Positions 9,877-19,373 of a stretch of DNA of 64,000 bases are shown here, piece after piece. Where the stretch lies: positions 18,489-82,488 of the forward strand of contig JBNLED010000218.1 in NCBI GenBank assembly GCA_050304755.1. Reading direction: 5' to 3'. Source of the stretch: Polyangia bacterium (GTDB lineage Bacteria > Myxococcota_A > Polyangia > JAAYKL01). Each line of letters opens with the position of its first letter. The stretch's first letter is position 1. A program made the translations under genes and the position numbers. The notes under the pieces were generated by a model that was given only the letters and a program-made list of their open reading frames with translations, had not been told where the DNA came from and searched no databases.

Positions 9877-10779
9877 ATGGGGGTGAGGCCTCTCATCCTC
9901 CCCCCGCGGATAACCCCCGGCGACGCCGTCGCGGTGGTCGCCCCCGCGGGACCGATTGACGAAGGGCACCTCGACGTTGGCGTGCGCCAACTGTCCCGCC
10001 GCTACCGGCCGGTCATCCGAGGCGACATCCTCACCCGCAGGGGCTACTTCGCCGGCGATGCCCACCGGCGACTGGCGGAGCTCCAGGGCGCCCTCGATGA
10101 CGAGACCGTCCGGGGCATCATCTCGGCCCGGGGGGGCTTCGGCATCACGGACATCATCGATCGCCTGGATTTCAGCGCGTTCACGGCGTCTCCGAAGTGG
10201 ATCGTCGGGAGCTCGGATATCACGGCGCTGCTCATCCATCTCTTCACGTCGCACCGCTGCCTCTCCATCCACGGCCCCATGGCGGCGGGGTTCCACAGAA
10301 CGGAATCGAGCGATGTGGAGACCCTGTTCAGCCTCCTCGAAGGACGCGGCAGCCCCCTCCCCTGCCTGACGGGGTTGTCCGACGGCGTCGCCCGGGGCCC
10401 GTTCATCGGCGGCAACCTCACCATCCTGGCGCACCTGGCGGGGACCCCGAACCTCGAGAGGGCCGACGGCGCCGTGCTCTTCCTCGAGGACGTCGGAGAG
10501 CACCCCTACCGCCTGGATCGCTGTCTGGTCCAGCTCAGGCGAGCCGGGCTTCTGGATCATTTGGCCGGTGTGGTGATCGGCGAGCTCACGGCGTGCCCCC
10601 ATGGATCGGACGGGGTGACCCCCTTCGACGCAGTGGCGCGCCATCTCGTCCCCCTCGGCATCCCCGTTGCGTACAACTATCCCGCGGCCCATGGCCCTCG
10701 CAACGCGCCGTTCATCCACGGCAAGGACGTCGACCTCGAGGTGAGCGGGCGGACCGCGACCCTGACGTATTCAAGTTGA
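9877..10779 (+). CDS. ldcA: LD-carboxypeptidase (peptidase S66, muramoyltetrapeptide carboxypeptidase)
   Basis: GDAVAVVAPAGP, ARGGFG and VGSSDITAL motifs typical of S66. Confidence 0.8.
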   Translation: MGVRPLILPPRITPGDAVAVVAPAGPIDEGHLDVGVRQLSRRYRPVIRGDILTRRGYFAGDAHRRLAELQGALDDETVRGIISARGGFGITDIIDRLDFSAFTASPKWIVGSSDITALLIHLFTSHRCLSIHGPMAAGFHRTESSDVETLFSLLEGRGSPLPCLTGLSDGVARGPFIGGNLTILAHLAGTPNLERADGAVLFLEDVGEHPYRLDRCLVQLRRAGLLDHLAGVVIGELTACPHGSDGVTPFDAVARHLVPLGIPVAYNYPAAHGPRNAPFIHGKDVDLEVSGRTATLTYSS

Positions 10780-10857
10780 ATTTAGTCGAACTTGTGTTAG
10801 TTTATTTAAGGAAAACCGGTGGGTTACACCCCATCAGGAATGGACTACGGAGTGGAT

Positions 10858-11535
10858 ATGTCGAATAAGACACTGCACGTTATCATGCTCGATGGGCTCA
10901 CGCTGTACGAGGAAGCGCACACCTTGCAACGGGGAAAGGTCTCGAGCCGCGTGGCGGATGACATCCCGGACACGCTCATCATGCTGGAGCATCCGGCGGT
11001 CATCACGCTGGGACACAACGCCAAGGAGTCGGACATCACGGTCAAGCCTGTCGTGCTCAAGATGAAGAACATCGCCGTCCACAAGACGGAACGGGGCGGG
11101 AAGGTGACCTATCACGGCCCGGGGCAGATCGTGGGATACACCATCTTCGACCTTCTGGCTTTGAAGATCCGGGTCGAGGACTTCATCACCAAGGTTGAGG
11201 AGTCGATGATCCGAGCGTGCGAGAAGCTGAGGGTGGAGGCCCACCGCGTCGCGGGGAGCCCGGGGGTCTACACCTCCCGGGGGAAGGTCGGCTCCATCGG
11301 GGTGCGGGTCACGCGCGGGGTGACCTATCACGGGTTCTCCCTGAACCTGGACCCCAACCTGGATCACTACCGGTACATCAAACCCTGCGGGGGGAGCCCG
11401 TCCGATATCACCTCCATCAAAGCCGTCAAGGGCTCGGCCCCTCCCCTGAAGGAAGCCCGCAAGCTCGTCGTGGACAGCTTCGCCGAGGTCTTCGGCATGA
11501 GCGTCCAGATCGTCACGAAGAAGCCGATCGTTTAG
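10858..11535 (+). CDS. lipB: octanoyltransferase (lipoyl(octanoyl) transferase)
   Basis: RGGKVTYHGPGQ motif, downstream catalytic Cys region KPCGG, ~225 aa. Confidence 0.9.
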   Translation: MSNKTLHVIMLDGLTLYEEAHTLQRGKVSSRVADDIPDTLIMLEHPAVITLGHNAKESDITVKPVVLKMKNIAVHKTERGGKVTYHGPGQIVGYTIFDLLALKIRVEDFITKVEESMIRACEKLRVEAHRVAGSPGVYTSRGKVGSIGVRVTRGVTYHGFSLNLDPNLDHYRYIKPCGGSPSDITSIKAVKGSAPPLKEARKLVVDSFAEVFGMSVQIVTKKPIV

Positions 11536-11572
11536 CCCGCGCGTTTCACGACACGAGGTGAAGGAGGAGAGA

Positions 11573-12148
11573 ATGAGAGTCGTGGCATTCAACGGAAGCC
11601 CCCGCGAGGACGGCAACACCTTTCAATTGATTCGCCTCGTCCTCGGAACGCTCGAGGGCGCCGGCATCCGGACCGAGATTGTCCAGCTCGGCGGTCAGGC
11701 CATTCACGGGTGCAGGGCGTGCTATCAGTGTGCCGCCAACCGGGACCGACGGTGCGCGGAGACCGAGGACGCGGCGAACGCGCTTATCGAGAAGATGCTC
11801 GCCTGCGAGGGGATGATCATCGCCTCCCCCACCTACTTCAGCAACGTGACCGCGGAGGTGAAGGCCCTCATCGACAGAGCGGGGCTCGTCGCCAAGGTCA
11901 ACGGAGACATGCTCCGGCGGAAGGTCGGCGCCGCGGTGATCGCGGTCCGGCGGGCAGGGAGCACCCAGGCGTTCAACGCCATCAACCAGTTCTTCACCAT
12001 CAACCAGATGATCATTCCGGGCTCCGACTACTGGAACGTCGGCATCGGACACGATAAGGGGGATGTGGAGTGGGACGCGGAAGGTCAGGCGACGCTGCGG
12101 CTGCTCGGCGAGAACATGGCCTGGCTCATGACGCGGCTCTACGGATAA
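11573..12148 (+). CDS. NADPH-dependent FMN reductase / iron-sulfur flavoprotein (flavodoxin-like fold)
   Basis: MRVVAFNGSPREDGNT, then a GCRACYQC cysteine cluster and IIASPTYF. AGGAGG RBS. Confidence 0.8.
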   Translation: MRVVAFNGSPREDGNTFQLIRLVLGTLEGAGIRTEIVQLGGQAIHGCRACYQCAANRDRRCAETEDAANALIEKMLACEGMIIASPTYFSNVTAEVKALIDRAGLVAKVNGDMLRRKVGAAVIAVRRAGSTQAFNAINQFFTINQMIIPGSDYWNVGIGHDKGDVEWDAEGQATLRLLGENMAWLMTRLYG

Positions 12149-12231
12149 CTCCCCGGTCAACTGCGACCAAGCCCCCATTTTCACCAACACAAACTGAATT
12201 TTTCCAGTAGAATTGCTGACTGGAGGTGAGC

Positions 12232-14124
12232 ATGACAAGACTGGCGATAGGGTGGCTAGCGGGGCTATGCCTGGGGCTCCTGACAGGATGTAACGACAGC
12301 GCGGAGGAGACCGGAGACACGACAAGCGATACCGGCAATGACGGTGACACGGGCACCGATGCGGACGGAGATGGGGACTCGGATGGTGACGGGGACACAG
12401 ACGCTGACGGGGATGGCGACACGGACGCCGACAGCGACACGGACGCCGACGGGGATGGCGACACGGACGCCGACGGGGACACGGACGCTGACGGGGATGG
12501 CGACACGGACGCCGACGGGGACGGCGACACGGACACCGACGGGGACGGCGACACGGACGCCGACAGCGACACGGACGCTGACGGGGATGGCGACACGGAC
12601 GCCGACGGGGATGGCGACACGGACACCGACGGGGATGGCGACACGGATGGCGACACAGACGCCGACGGGGATACGGACTCCGACACGGATCCGCCAGAGG
12701 TCTGCGCCCCCACCATCGAGTTGTACGACATCGGCAGTCCGGCGGCGGTCATCGGGGACGGCGCCCCCGAAAGCTGTAATGAAGCGGATCTCCGGGACGC
12801 CGTGGGGAGCGGCGGCGTCATCGTATTCGACTGCGGGCCGGATCCGACCACCATCGATATTACCGAGACCCTCACGCTGCCGGTTGACGAGACGACCGTC
12901 ATCGACGGAGGGGGCCTGATCACGCTGGACGCGGGGTACCGGACGAGGCACTTTCTCTTCGACCATCCGGACTGGATGAACAACCCGAACGGCGTGGTGC
13001 TCCAACGGCTGACCCTCACCCGCGGCGAGGCTCCGGCGGGCGAGCTCGTGCCCCAGGACGCGGACAACCCTCAATGCGCGTGGGGATACGCCGAGGGGTC
13101 GGGGGGGGCCCTCTATGTCCGAAACGGGGTCGTCCACATCATCGACTGCGAATTCCGCGACAACCGGGCGGCCCTCATCGGCCCGGACGTGGGCGGGGGC
13201 GCGGTCTACGTCGTCGGGGTTCCGGAGATCATCATCTCGGGCAGCGTCTTCACCGGAAACCGGGGCTCCAACGGCGGCGGGGTGGGGATGCTCTTCGCCG
13301 GCGATCCTCAGATTTACAACTCGCTCTTCGAGAACAACACCGCGGAGGGGACGGGACAGAACGGCTGCTGTGACGCCGCATGCGAAGGCCTGGGCCACGA
13401 GGAGCAGACCGGCGCCGGGGGCAACAGCGGCGCGCTCTACTTCGACGGAATGAACGATGACGGCAGGGTCTACACCATCTGCGGCACCACCTTCAGGAAC
13501 AACCGGGCCAACGAGATCGGGGGCGCCATCTTCAGGACCCCCAACGTGGAGATGCGGGAGATGCTGATCGACCGGTGCGTCTTCGACGGCAACACCGCCC
13601 TCCTCGGCGGGGCCACGTTCATCAAACAGAACGATCTGGTGGTGCGTCGCAGCACGTTCATGAACAACCGGGCGGGCATCGACATCGAGGGGAACGACGT
13701 CGGTGGCGCCATCGGCGGTCTCTGGGTCAACGAGGGGAGCATGGACGTGGAGAACTGCACCTTCTATAACAACCAGCCGTCGGGGCTGACCGTGGATGGG
13801 GCCGGCGCGATCCGCAACGCCACCATCGTGGACAGCCGGCTCGACGGCGACTTCACCGTGAGCAACAGCCTCCTCGTCGACATGTCCTGCGGCGGCGGTC
13901 TCGGGGGAACCAACAACCTCCAATGGCCCGAGGGGGACGCCTGCGCCGACGGCACCACCTTCGCGGATCCCGAGATCGGCGACATCGGCGACAATGGGGG
14001 GGCGACCCCGACCTTCCTCCCGGCCGGGCCGATCCGGGACGTGGGCAGCGACTGCCCGGCGACGGATCAGCGGGGTGAGCCCAGGGACACCGGCAGCTGC
14101 GCCGCGGGGGCCGTGGAGCCTTAG
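12232..14124 (+). CDS. lipoprotein with DTDADGDG repeat linker and polymorphic-membrane-protein-like (GGA[ILV]/FxxN) parallel beta-helix domain
   Basis: Lipobox LLTGC, about 15 copies of a DTDADGDG linker, then repeated GGALYV/GGAVYV/GGAIFR with FTGN/FENN/FRNN/FDGN/FMNN/FYNN motifs. Confidence 0.75.
   Translation: MTRLAIGWLAGLCLGLLTGCNDSAEETGDTTSDTGNDGDTGTDADGDGDSDGDGDTDADGDGDTDADSDTDADGDGDTDADGDTDADGDGDTDADGDGDTDTDGDGDTDADSDTDADGDGDTDADGDGDTDTDGDGDTDGDTDADGDTDSDTDPPEVCAPTIELYDIGSPAAVIGDGAPESCNEADLRDAVGSGGVIVFDCGPDPTTIDITETLTLPVDETTVIDGGGLITLDAGYRTRHFLFDHPDWMNNPNGVVLQRLTLTRGEAPAGELVPQDADNPQCAWGYAEGSGGALYVRNGVVHIIDCEFRDNRAALIGPDVGGGAVYVVGVPEIIISGSVFTGNRGSNGGGVGMLFAGDPQIYNSLFENNTAEGTGQNGCCDAACEGLGHEEQTGAGGNSGALYFDGMNDDGRVYTICGTTFRNNRANEIGGAIFRTPNVEMREMLIDRCVFDGNTALLGGATFIKQNDLVVRRSTFMNNRAGIDIEGNDVGGAIGGLWVNEGSMDVENCTFYNNQPSGLTVDGAGAIRNATIVDSRLDGDFTVSNSLLVDMSCGGGLGGTNNLQWPEGDACADGTTFADPEIGDIGDNGGATPTFLPAGPIRDVGSDCPATDQRGEPRDTGSCAAGAVEP
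12340..12700 (+). repeat. tandem 24-bp (GACACGGACGCCGACGGGGATGGC) repeat array encoding DTDADGDG
   Basis: Near-perfect 24-bp periodicity visible in the DNA across ~360 bp. Confidence 0.85.
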
Positions 14125-14162
14125 TTAGGATCGTTTCGCTGATGCACCTACCGCCGACGCGT

Positions 14163-15122
14163 CTACCGTGAGGCGTCTTCCCTCAGGAACCCAATGATGA
14201 TCGGATTGACCACGGCGGCCTGTTCGTAGTGGGGGACGTGCCCCGCCTCTTTGATCTCGTGAAAACGAACACCGGGGATCGCGGATTGGATGGCGTCGAT
14301 GTTCTCTTGGGTGATGGTGCGATCCGCTGCCCCCCGAAAGAGCAGCACCCGCCGCCCGGCCCGGCCGAGGGCCCGGTACTCGACCAGCGGATCGACATCC
14401 CGCATGAGGTTCCGGAGGGTGGAGAGGATCGCCCGGCGGTACCCTTTATACCGCATCTGGACCTGGTACCGCGCCACCCAGTCGGGGAAGCGCTCGGGCC
14501 GGTAGAAGTCCTTCTTCTGCGAGGCCGGGAACAGGAACGGGATCGCGTAGACCGCCATGACGTACTCTCCGATGAGGGGGACGTTGGTGGGGAAGACCTC
14601 CTGCAAGGTCAGCGCCTCGGTCAGGGGATCGATGAGCGTGACCGTACGCACCCTGGCGGGGAACCGGTTGGCGAAGGCCGCCGCGATGGGCCCCCCCATG
14701 GAGAGCCCGACGATGTGGAACGGCGCATCGATCTTCAGCGCCCCCACCAGCTGATCCAGCTGGGAGACGAAGAGATCCAGGTCGTACACCACATCCGGGC
14801 GATCGGAGAATCCGCGCCCGAAGAGATCGTACCGCAGCACCCGGAACCCCGCCCCGGTCAACGCCTCGAAGGTGGGATCCCAGATGTGGCTCGGCACCGA
14901 GAAGCCGTGCACCAGCACCACGAGGGGGCCCTTTGCCGGCCCCTCCAGCTCATAGCGCACCTCGCCCTGTTGCAGCGAGATATACTGCCCGGGCAGGGCG
15001 GAACGGGCCGCCGCGTCCAGCGCGGCATGCTCCTTGTCCAGCACCAGGAAGGGGATCAGCAGGACTAGCGCCAGCGCCGCGCCGACAATCCCCATCTTCC
15101 TTATTCGTCTCCGGGCGTTCAT
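14163..15122 (-). CDS. alpha/beta-fold hydrolase, secreted/anchored
   Basis: HGFSVPSHIW, GLSMGG nucleophile elbow and a signal/anchor MGIVGAALALVLLIPFLV. Internal ATG chosen at 15122. Confidence 0.8.
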   Translation of the reverse strand: MNARRRIRKMGIVGAALALVLLIPFLVLDKEHAALDAAARSALPGQYISLQQGEVRYELEGPAKGPLVVLVHGFSVPSHIWDPTFEALTGAGFRVLRYDLFGRGFSDRPDVVYDLDLFVSQLDQLVGALKIDAPFHIVGLSMGGPIAAAFANRFPARVRTVTLIDPLTEALTLQEVFPTNVPLIGEYVMAVYAIPFLFPASQKKDFYRPERFPDWVARYQVQMRYKGYRRAILSTLRNLMRDVDPLVEYRALGRAGRRVLLFRGAADRTITQENIDAIQSAIPGVRFHEIKEAGHVPHYEQAAVVNPIIIGFLREDASR

Positions 15123-15202
15123 CTCACTGTTTGGAACGCGATATGGGGGGGGTGTCAAGGGCTTTCCGATGACGGACAGAAAGTGTCTCGAGAGGTGTCT
15201 CA

Positions 15203-15856
15203 TTAATGAGTGGAGAGACAATCTCCGACAGAAACGATCCACAGTTCACCGGTCTCGAAGTCATAAACGGGAGCGGACGCTGAATCCGACGCCAGCTGCT
15301 CGGTGACCTCCTCGGGCAACACGGTATCGATGGTCTGGAGCGCCTTCACGGCATGATAGCGGATGCTCGCCTTGGGGGCGCCGGCCAGCGCCAGCAACGC
15401 ATCGGCGTTCTCCTCAATGAGGGAGGGGGCGAATCGCCCTACCCGGGAGAGGGCCAGGACGGCGCCGGCCTCGAAGGGCTCCTCATGGAAATAGTGGGGC
15501 AGAAGCCCCCCGTATTCAGGGATTAGCTCCGGAACGTTGACGAGGATTTCGCCAATAACTTCGGGAGAGTGCCAGCCCAACCCTCCGGATTCGTCGTTCA
15601 TGAGCCAGATACACCGCCGAATGAAATCCCGCACCTTCTCCAGGTCCTGATCGGCCTTGACCCTCGCCGCGATTCCGACGGCCTCGATGGCCCGCCACTT
15701 GATCAGCGCGTCCGCCTCGAACGTCAGGGAGTAGAGCGTGGCCAGCGCTCTCCGGTTGGCGGCGACCCATGACTTGAGGGGCTCGAAATCCCGACGTTGA
15801 AGCAAATCTCTGACAATCTGTTTTTGCACCGCGCTCATAATAGGAAAAATGAGCAA
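15203..15856 (-). CDS. HEAT-like repeat hypothetical protein
   Basis: 217 aa helical-repeat protein with no recognisable catalytic motif. The start (MLIF vs MSAV) is uncertain. Confidence 0.5.
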   Translation of the reverse strand: MLIFPIMSAVQKQIVRDLLQRRDFEPLKSWVAANRRALATLYSLTFEADALIKWRAIEAVGIAARVKADQDLEKVRDFIRRCIWLMNDESGGLGWHSPEVIGEILVNVPELIPEYGGLLPHYFHEEPFEAGAVLALSRVGRFAPSLIEENADALLALAGAPKASIRYHAVKALQTIDTVLPEEVTEQLASDSASAPVYDFETGELWIVSVGDCLSTH

Positions 15857-16021
15857 GAATCATACCATAACAAGAGGGGGTTGTCAGGGAATGGCCGCCG
15901 TTTTGCATCAATCGACGGGTCGTGGAGGCATTGAGACAGATTCAGGCGCGGCTCCCGAGGGTGGCGCTCGGAGTGTCGGTCGCAGCGAGATGGGGCTGCC
16001 GAAAAATCGAGGAATATAACA

Positions 16022-18145
16022 ATGGAAAAGGCCAGAGCAATAGAGAAACGGCAGAATCGCCTTTCGGGGGAATCCAGCCCCTACCTCCTACAACACGCCG
16101 ACAACCCGGTCGACTGGTATTCGTGGGGGGAGGAGGCGTTCGAGCGGGCCGCGGCGGAGGACAAGCCGGTGTTCCTCTCCATCGGTTACGCGACCTGTCA
16201 CTGGTGCCACGTGATGGAGCGAGAATCCTTCGAGGACGCGGAAGTCGCCGCCCTCATGAACGAGACGTTCGTCTCCATCAAGGTGGACCGAGAGGAGCGG
16301 CCGGACATCGACCACATCTACATGACCGTCTGTCAGCTGATGACCGGCGGAGGGGGCTGGCCCCTGACGATTGTCATGACGCCGGACAAACGGCCGTTCT
16401 TCGCGGCCACCTATATCCCCAAGACCGCCCGGTTCGGTCGCAAGGGGATGACGGAGCTGATCCCGGCGATCCGGCGGGTGTGGAACGAGAACCGCGGGGA
16501 CATTCGCCGCTCGGCGGACGAAATCTCGGCCGCCCTCGCCCGAGCGGGGCACACCGGAACACCGGGGGATATCAAGCCCCCCGGCGAGGTGGCCATGGCG
16601 CTCGGGTACCGTCAGCTGAAGGCCGGCTTCGATGCCCGGAACGGCGGCTTCGGGACCGGGATGAAGTTCCCCACGCCTCACCAGCTCATGTTCCTCCTCC
16701 GCTATTACGCGAGGACCCGGACCCCCGCGGCCCTCGACATGGTGGAGAAGACCCTCACCGCCATGCGCCAGGGGGGAATCTACGACCACATCGGCTTCGG
16801 GTTCCACCGCTATTCGACGGATCCAGAGTGGCGGGTGCCCCACTTCGAGAAGATGCTCTATGACCAAGCGCTGCTCCTCATCGCCTACCTCGAGGGGTAC
16901 CAGGCCACCGGGAAGCCCGCCTACAAAGAGACCGCCCGGGAGATCGCCACCTACGTGCTGCGGGACATGACCTCCCCCCTCGGCGGTTTCTACTCCGCGG
17001 AGGACGCGGACTCGGAGGGGGTGGAGGGCAGGTTCTACACGTGGACCACCGAGGCGCTCCGGCAGAGCCTGGACAGCGCCGCCTTCGACTTGGTGGCGGA
17101 ACGGTTCGATCTGCGGGAGGAGGGGAATTTCGATGACGGCGAGGAAATGAGCGCGGGCCGAAACGTGCTCATCGCGAGGGCGCCCCTCGAGACCGTCGCC
17201 GGAAGGCTCGGTCTGTCACCGGAGGAGACCGCCCGGCGGTCCGAGACCGCCCGGCGGGTGCTCTTCGAGACCCGGGAGGGGCGAATCCATCCGCTCAAGG
17301 ACGACAAGGTGCTCACCGACTGGAACGGCCTGATGATGGGGGCCCTGGCCCGGGCCGGACGGGTGCTCGGAGACGCCGACCTCGTCGCGGCGGCCCGGCG
17401 GAACGCGGCCTTCATCCGGGAACGGCTCACCGGGGCGGACGGCCGCCTCCTCCACCGCTTCAGGGACGGAAACGCCGGGCTGCCGGCCCACCTGGACGAC
17501 TACGCCTTCGTGGCCTTCGGGCTCCTCGAGCTCTACGAGGCCACCTTCGATCCCGCCTATCTCGCGGAGGCCCTCCGGCTGACCGGGGTGATGCTCGAGC
17601 ACTTCGCCGACGCCGAAGGGGGCGCCCTTTTCCTCACCTCCGACGACGCCGAAACGATCCTCGTCCGCGCCAAGGAGCTCTATGACGGCGCCCTGCCCGC
17701 CGGCAACTCCGTGGCCCTCGGCAACCTGCTCCGCCTCCATCAGATGACCGGACGCCCGGCGCTCGAGCGGGCCGCCCGTCACATCGCGGCGGGGTTCGCC
17801 CGGGACGCCGGCCAGCGCCCTATCGGCCACACCATGTTTCTCTGCGGGCTCGACTTCGCCGTCGGGCCGTCCGTAGAGGTGGTCATCGCGGGCAAGCGGG
17901 AGGCGGAGGACACCCGGGAGATGGTGCGCGCCCTCGAACGCCGTTTCCTGCCGAACAAGGTCGTCCTCCTCCGAGACGAGCAGTGCCTCCCGGCCCTCGA
18001 GGCGATCGCCCCCTTCGTCGCCCATCAGCCCCAAAGAGACGACCGGGCCACCGCTTATGTCTGCGTCGATCACGCCTGCTCGACCCCCACTACGGATCCG
18101 GAGGAGATGGTGCGGAAGATCACGGCCTACGTCCGACCGGAATAA
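16022..18145 (+). CDS. thioredoxin-domain protein YyaL/DUF255 family (N-terminal Trx fold plus six-hairpin glycosidase-like domain)
   Basis: [21 protein letters not shown]...[19 protein letters not shown] is the hallmark DUF255 N-terminus. 707 aa. Confidence 0.9.
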   Translation: MEKARAIEKRQNRLSGESSPYLLQHADNPVDWYSWGEEAFERAAAEDKPVFLSIGYATCHWCHVMERESFEDAEVAALMNETFVSIKVDREERPDIDHIYMTVCQLMTGGGGWPLTIVMTPDKRPFFAATYIPKTARFGRKGMTELIPAIRRVWNENRGDIRRSADEISAALARAGHTGTPGDIKPPGEVAMALGYRQLKAGFDARNGGFGTGMKFPTPHQLMFLLRYYARTRTPAALDMVEKTLTAMRQGGIYDHIGFGFHRYSTDPEWRVPHFEKMLYDQALLLIAYLEGYQATGKPAYKETAREIATYVLRDMTSPLGGFYSAEDADSEGVEGRFYTWTTEALRQSLDSAAFDLVAERFDLREEGNFDDGEEMSAGRNVLIARAPLETVAGRLGLSPEETARRSETARRVLFETREGRIHPLKDDKVLTDWNGLMMGALARAGRVLGDADLVAAARRNAAFIRERLTGADGRLLHRFRDGNAGLPAHLDDYAFVAFGLLELYEATFDPAYLAEALRLTGVMLEHFADAEGGALFLTSDDAETILVRAKELYDGALPAGNSVALGNLLRLHQMTGRPALERAARHIAAGFARDAGQRPIGHTMFLCGLDFAVGPSVEVVIAGKREAEDTREMVRALERRFLPNKVVLLRDEQCLPALEAIAPFVAHQPQRDDRATAYVCVDHACSTPTTDPEEMVRKITAYVRPE

Positions 18146-18172
18146 CCCGCTTCGCCATTCGCAACGTCCACC

Positions 18173-18191
18173 AAGGCGCCAGGCGCCTTGC
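18173..18191. terminator. perfect palindrome CAAGGCGCCAGGCGCCTTG between convergent genes (bidirectional terminator candidate)
   Basis: 9-bp inverted repeat located between the YyaL stop (18145) and the LRR gene stop (18199). Confidence 0.4.
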
Positions 18192-18198
18192 CTCGCGT

Positions 18199-19317
18199 TC
18201 ACTGACAGTCGTGGTTGAGCTCGACCCCGCGATCCTCGAGGGCCGCGATATCTCCCTGAGTGACGGGATCGTCGCAGTCGAGAGGGTTGTCGTCGATACG
18301 CACCCTGTCGCCATTCCCAACGCCGGGGTTGCTCACGAGCGCCGAGAGGTCGGTGATGTTGTTGTCGTCGAGGAGGAGATCAACCAGGTCGGCCAAGCCG
18401 GCCAGGGGCGAGAGGTCGCTGACGCTGTTTTCGCTGAGGAAAAGGAGTGTCAGGTCGCCCATACCGGCCAGGGAGGAGATATCGCTGATGCGGTTGCCCC
18501 AGAGGTAGAGGACCGTCAGGTCGGTCAGGTCGGCCAGGGACGAGATGTCGCTGAGGTCATTCGAGTAGAGGTAGAGCTCTTTCAGCTGGGTCAGGCCGGC
18601 CAGGGGCGAGACGTCGCGGAGGTCGTTGGAGCTGATGTAGAGGACCGTCATGTCGGTCATGCCGGCCAAGGGCGTCAGGTCGCTGATTTGGTTGCTGGAA
18701 AGGTTGAGGATCGTCAGCAGGGTCATGCCGGCCAAGGGCGAGATATCGCGGATTTGGTTGCGGTAGAGGGAGAGATCCCTCAGGTCGGTCAGGCCGGCCA
18801 AGGGCGAGATGTCGACGATGAAAATGTTTAAATTGAGGTTGAGTTCGCGGAGGTGGGTCAGGCCGGCCAGAGGCGAGATGTCGGTGATGCCGGAAAAGAA
18901 GCGATAGACATCCGCCTCCAGGTTAAGAGACCTCAGGCCGGTCAGACACTGGATGCCGGTCAACTCTGAGATCTCCCCTCCGTTCGCGGACAATTCACGC
19001 AGATCGTCGACATCATCATAGTAAATGTCCCCGCTCGACTTTCCAATCGCATCCCTCACCCGTTCCAACAAATACTCATCCGGAAAGTCAATCGGACCGC
19101 GGCATCCTTGAGGCACAGTCATATCACTTTCCGTCCCGGCGGCGGTGTCGACTTCAGTGTCTGCGAAGAACTTTGAGTCCGTATCCGTAACCACGTCCGT
19201 ATCACCGTCGGTCGAACGGTCTCCCTCGCCCACCGTGGCCTCATCCCCTCCCGTAACTCTGCGGCATCCGGATGCCCCCCACATCCCTACAAGAATAGTA
19301 AGTACGATCAGCTTCAT
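18199..19317 (-). CDS. leucine-rich-repeat (internalin-like) lipoprotein
   Basis: Lipobox GASGC, Asp/Thr-rich linker, then 10 or more 22-residue LRRs (L.DLS.N.ISDISPLAGLT.L..L.L). Confidence 0.85.
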   Translation of the reverse strand: MKLIVLTILVGMWGASGCRRVTGGDEATVGEGDRSTDGDTDVVTDTDSKFFADTEVDTAAGTESDMTVPQGCRGPIDFPDEYLLERVRDAIGKSSGDIYYDDVDDLRELSANGGEISELTGIQCLTGLRSLNLEADVYRFFSGITDISPLAGLTHLRELNLNLNIFIVDISPLAGLTDLRDLSLYRNQIRDISPLAGMTLLTILNLSSNQISDLTPLAGMTDMTVLYISSNDLRDVSPLAGLTQLKELYLYSNDLSDISSLADLTDLTVLYLWGNRISDISSLAGMGDLTLLFLSENSVSDLSPLAGLADLVDLLLDDNNITDLSALVSNPGVGNGDRVRIDDNPLDCDDPVTQGDIAALEDRGVELNHDCQ

Positions 19318-19373
19318 GATGGTCTCCCGAGCGCCATGGTATCACATCCGCGGCGCTCGAGGCGTCGATTGAT

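Noticed and set aside
12126-13923. Antisense and alternate-frame ORFs (313, 552, 193 aa) across the DTDADGDG repeat and beta-helix gene
   Set aside because: Open frames in all phases are expected over GC-rich tandem repeats. Only the + frame gives a signal peptide plus recognisable Pmp-like motifs.
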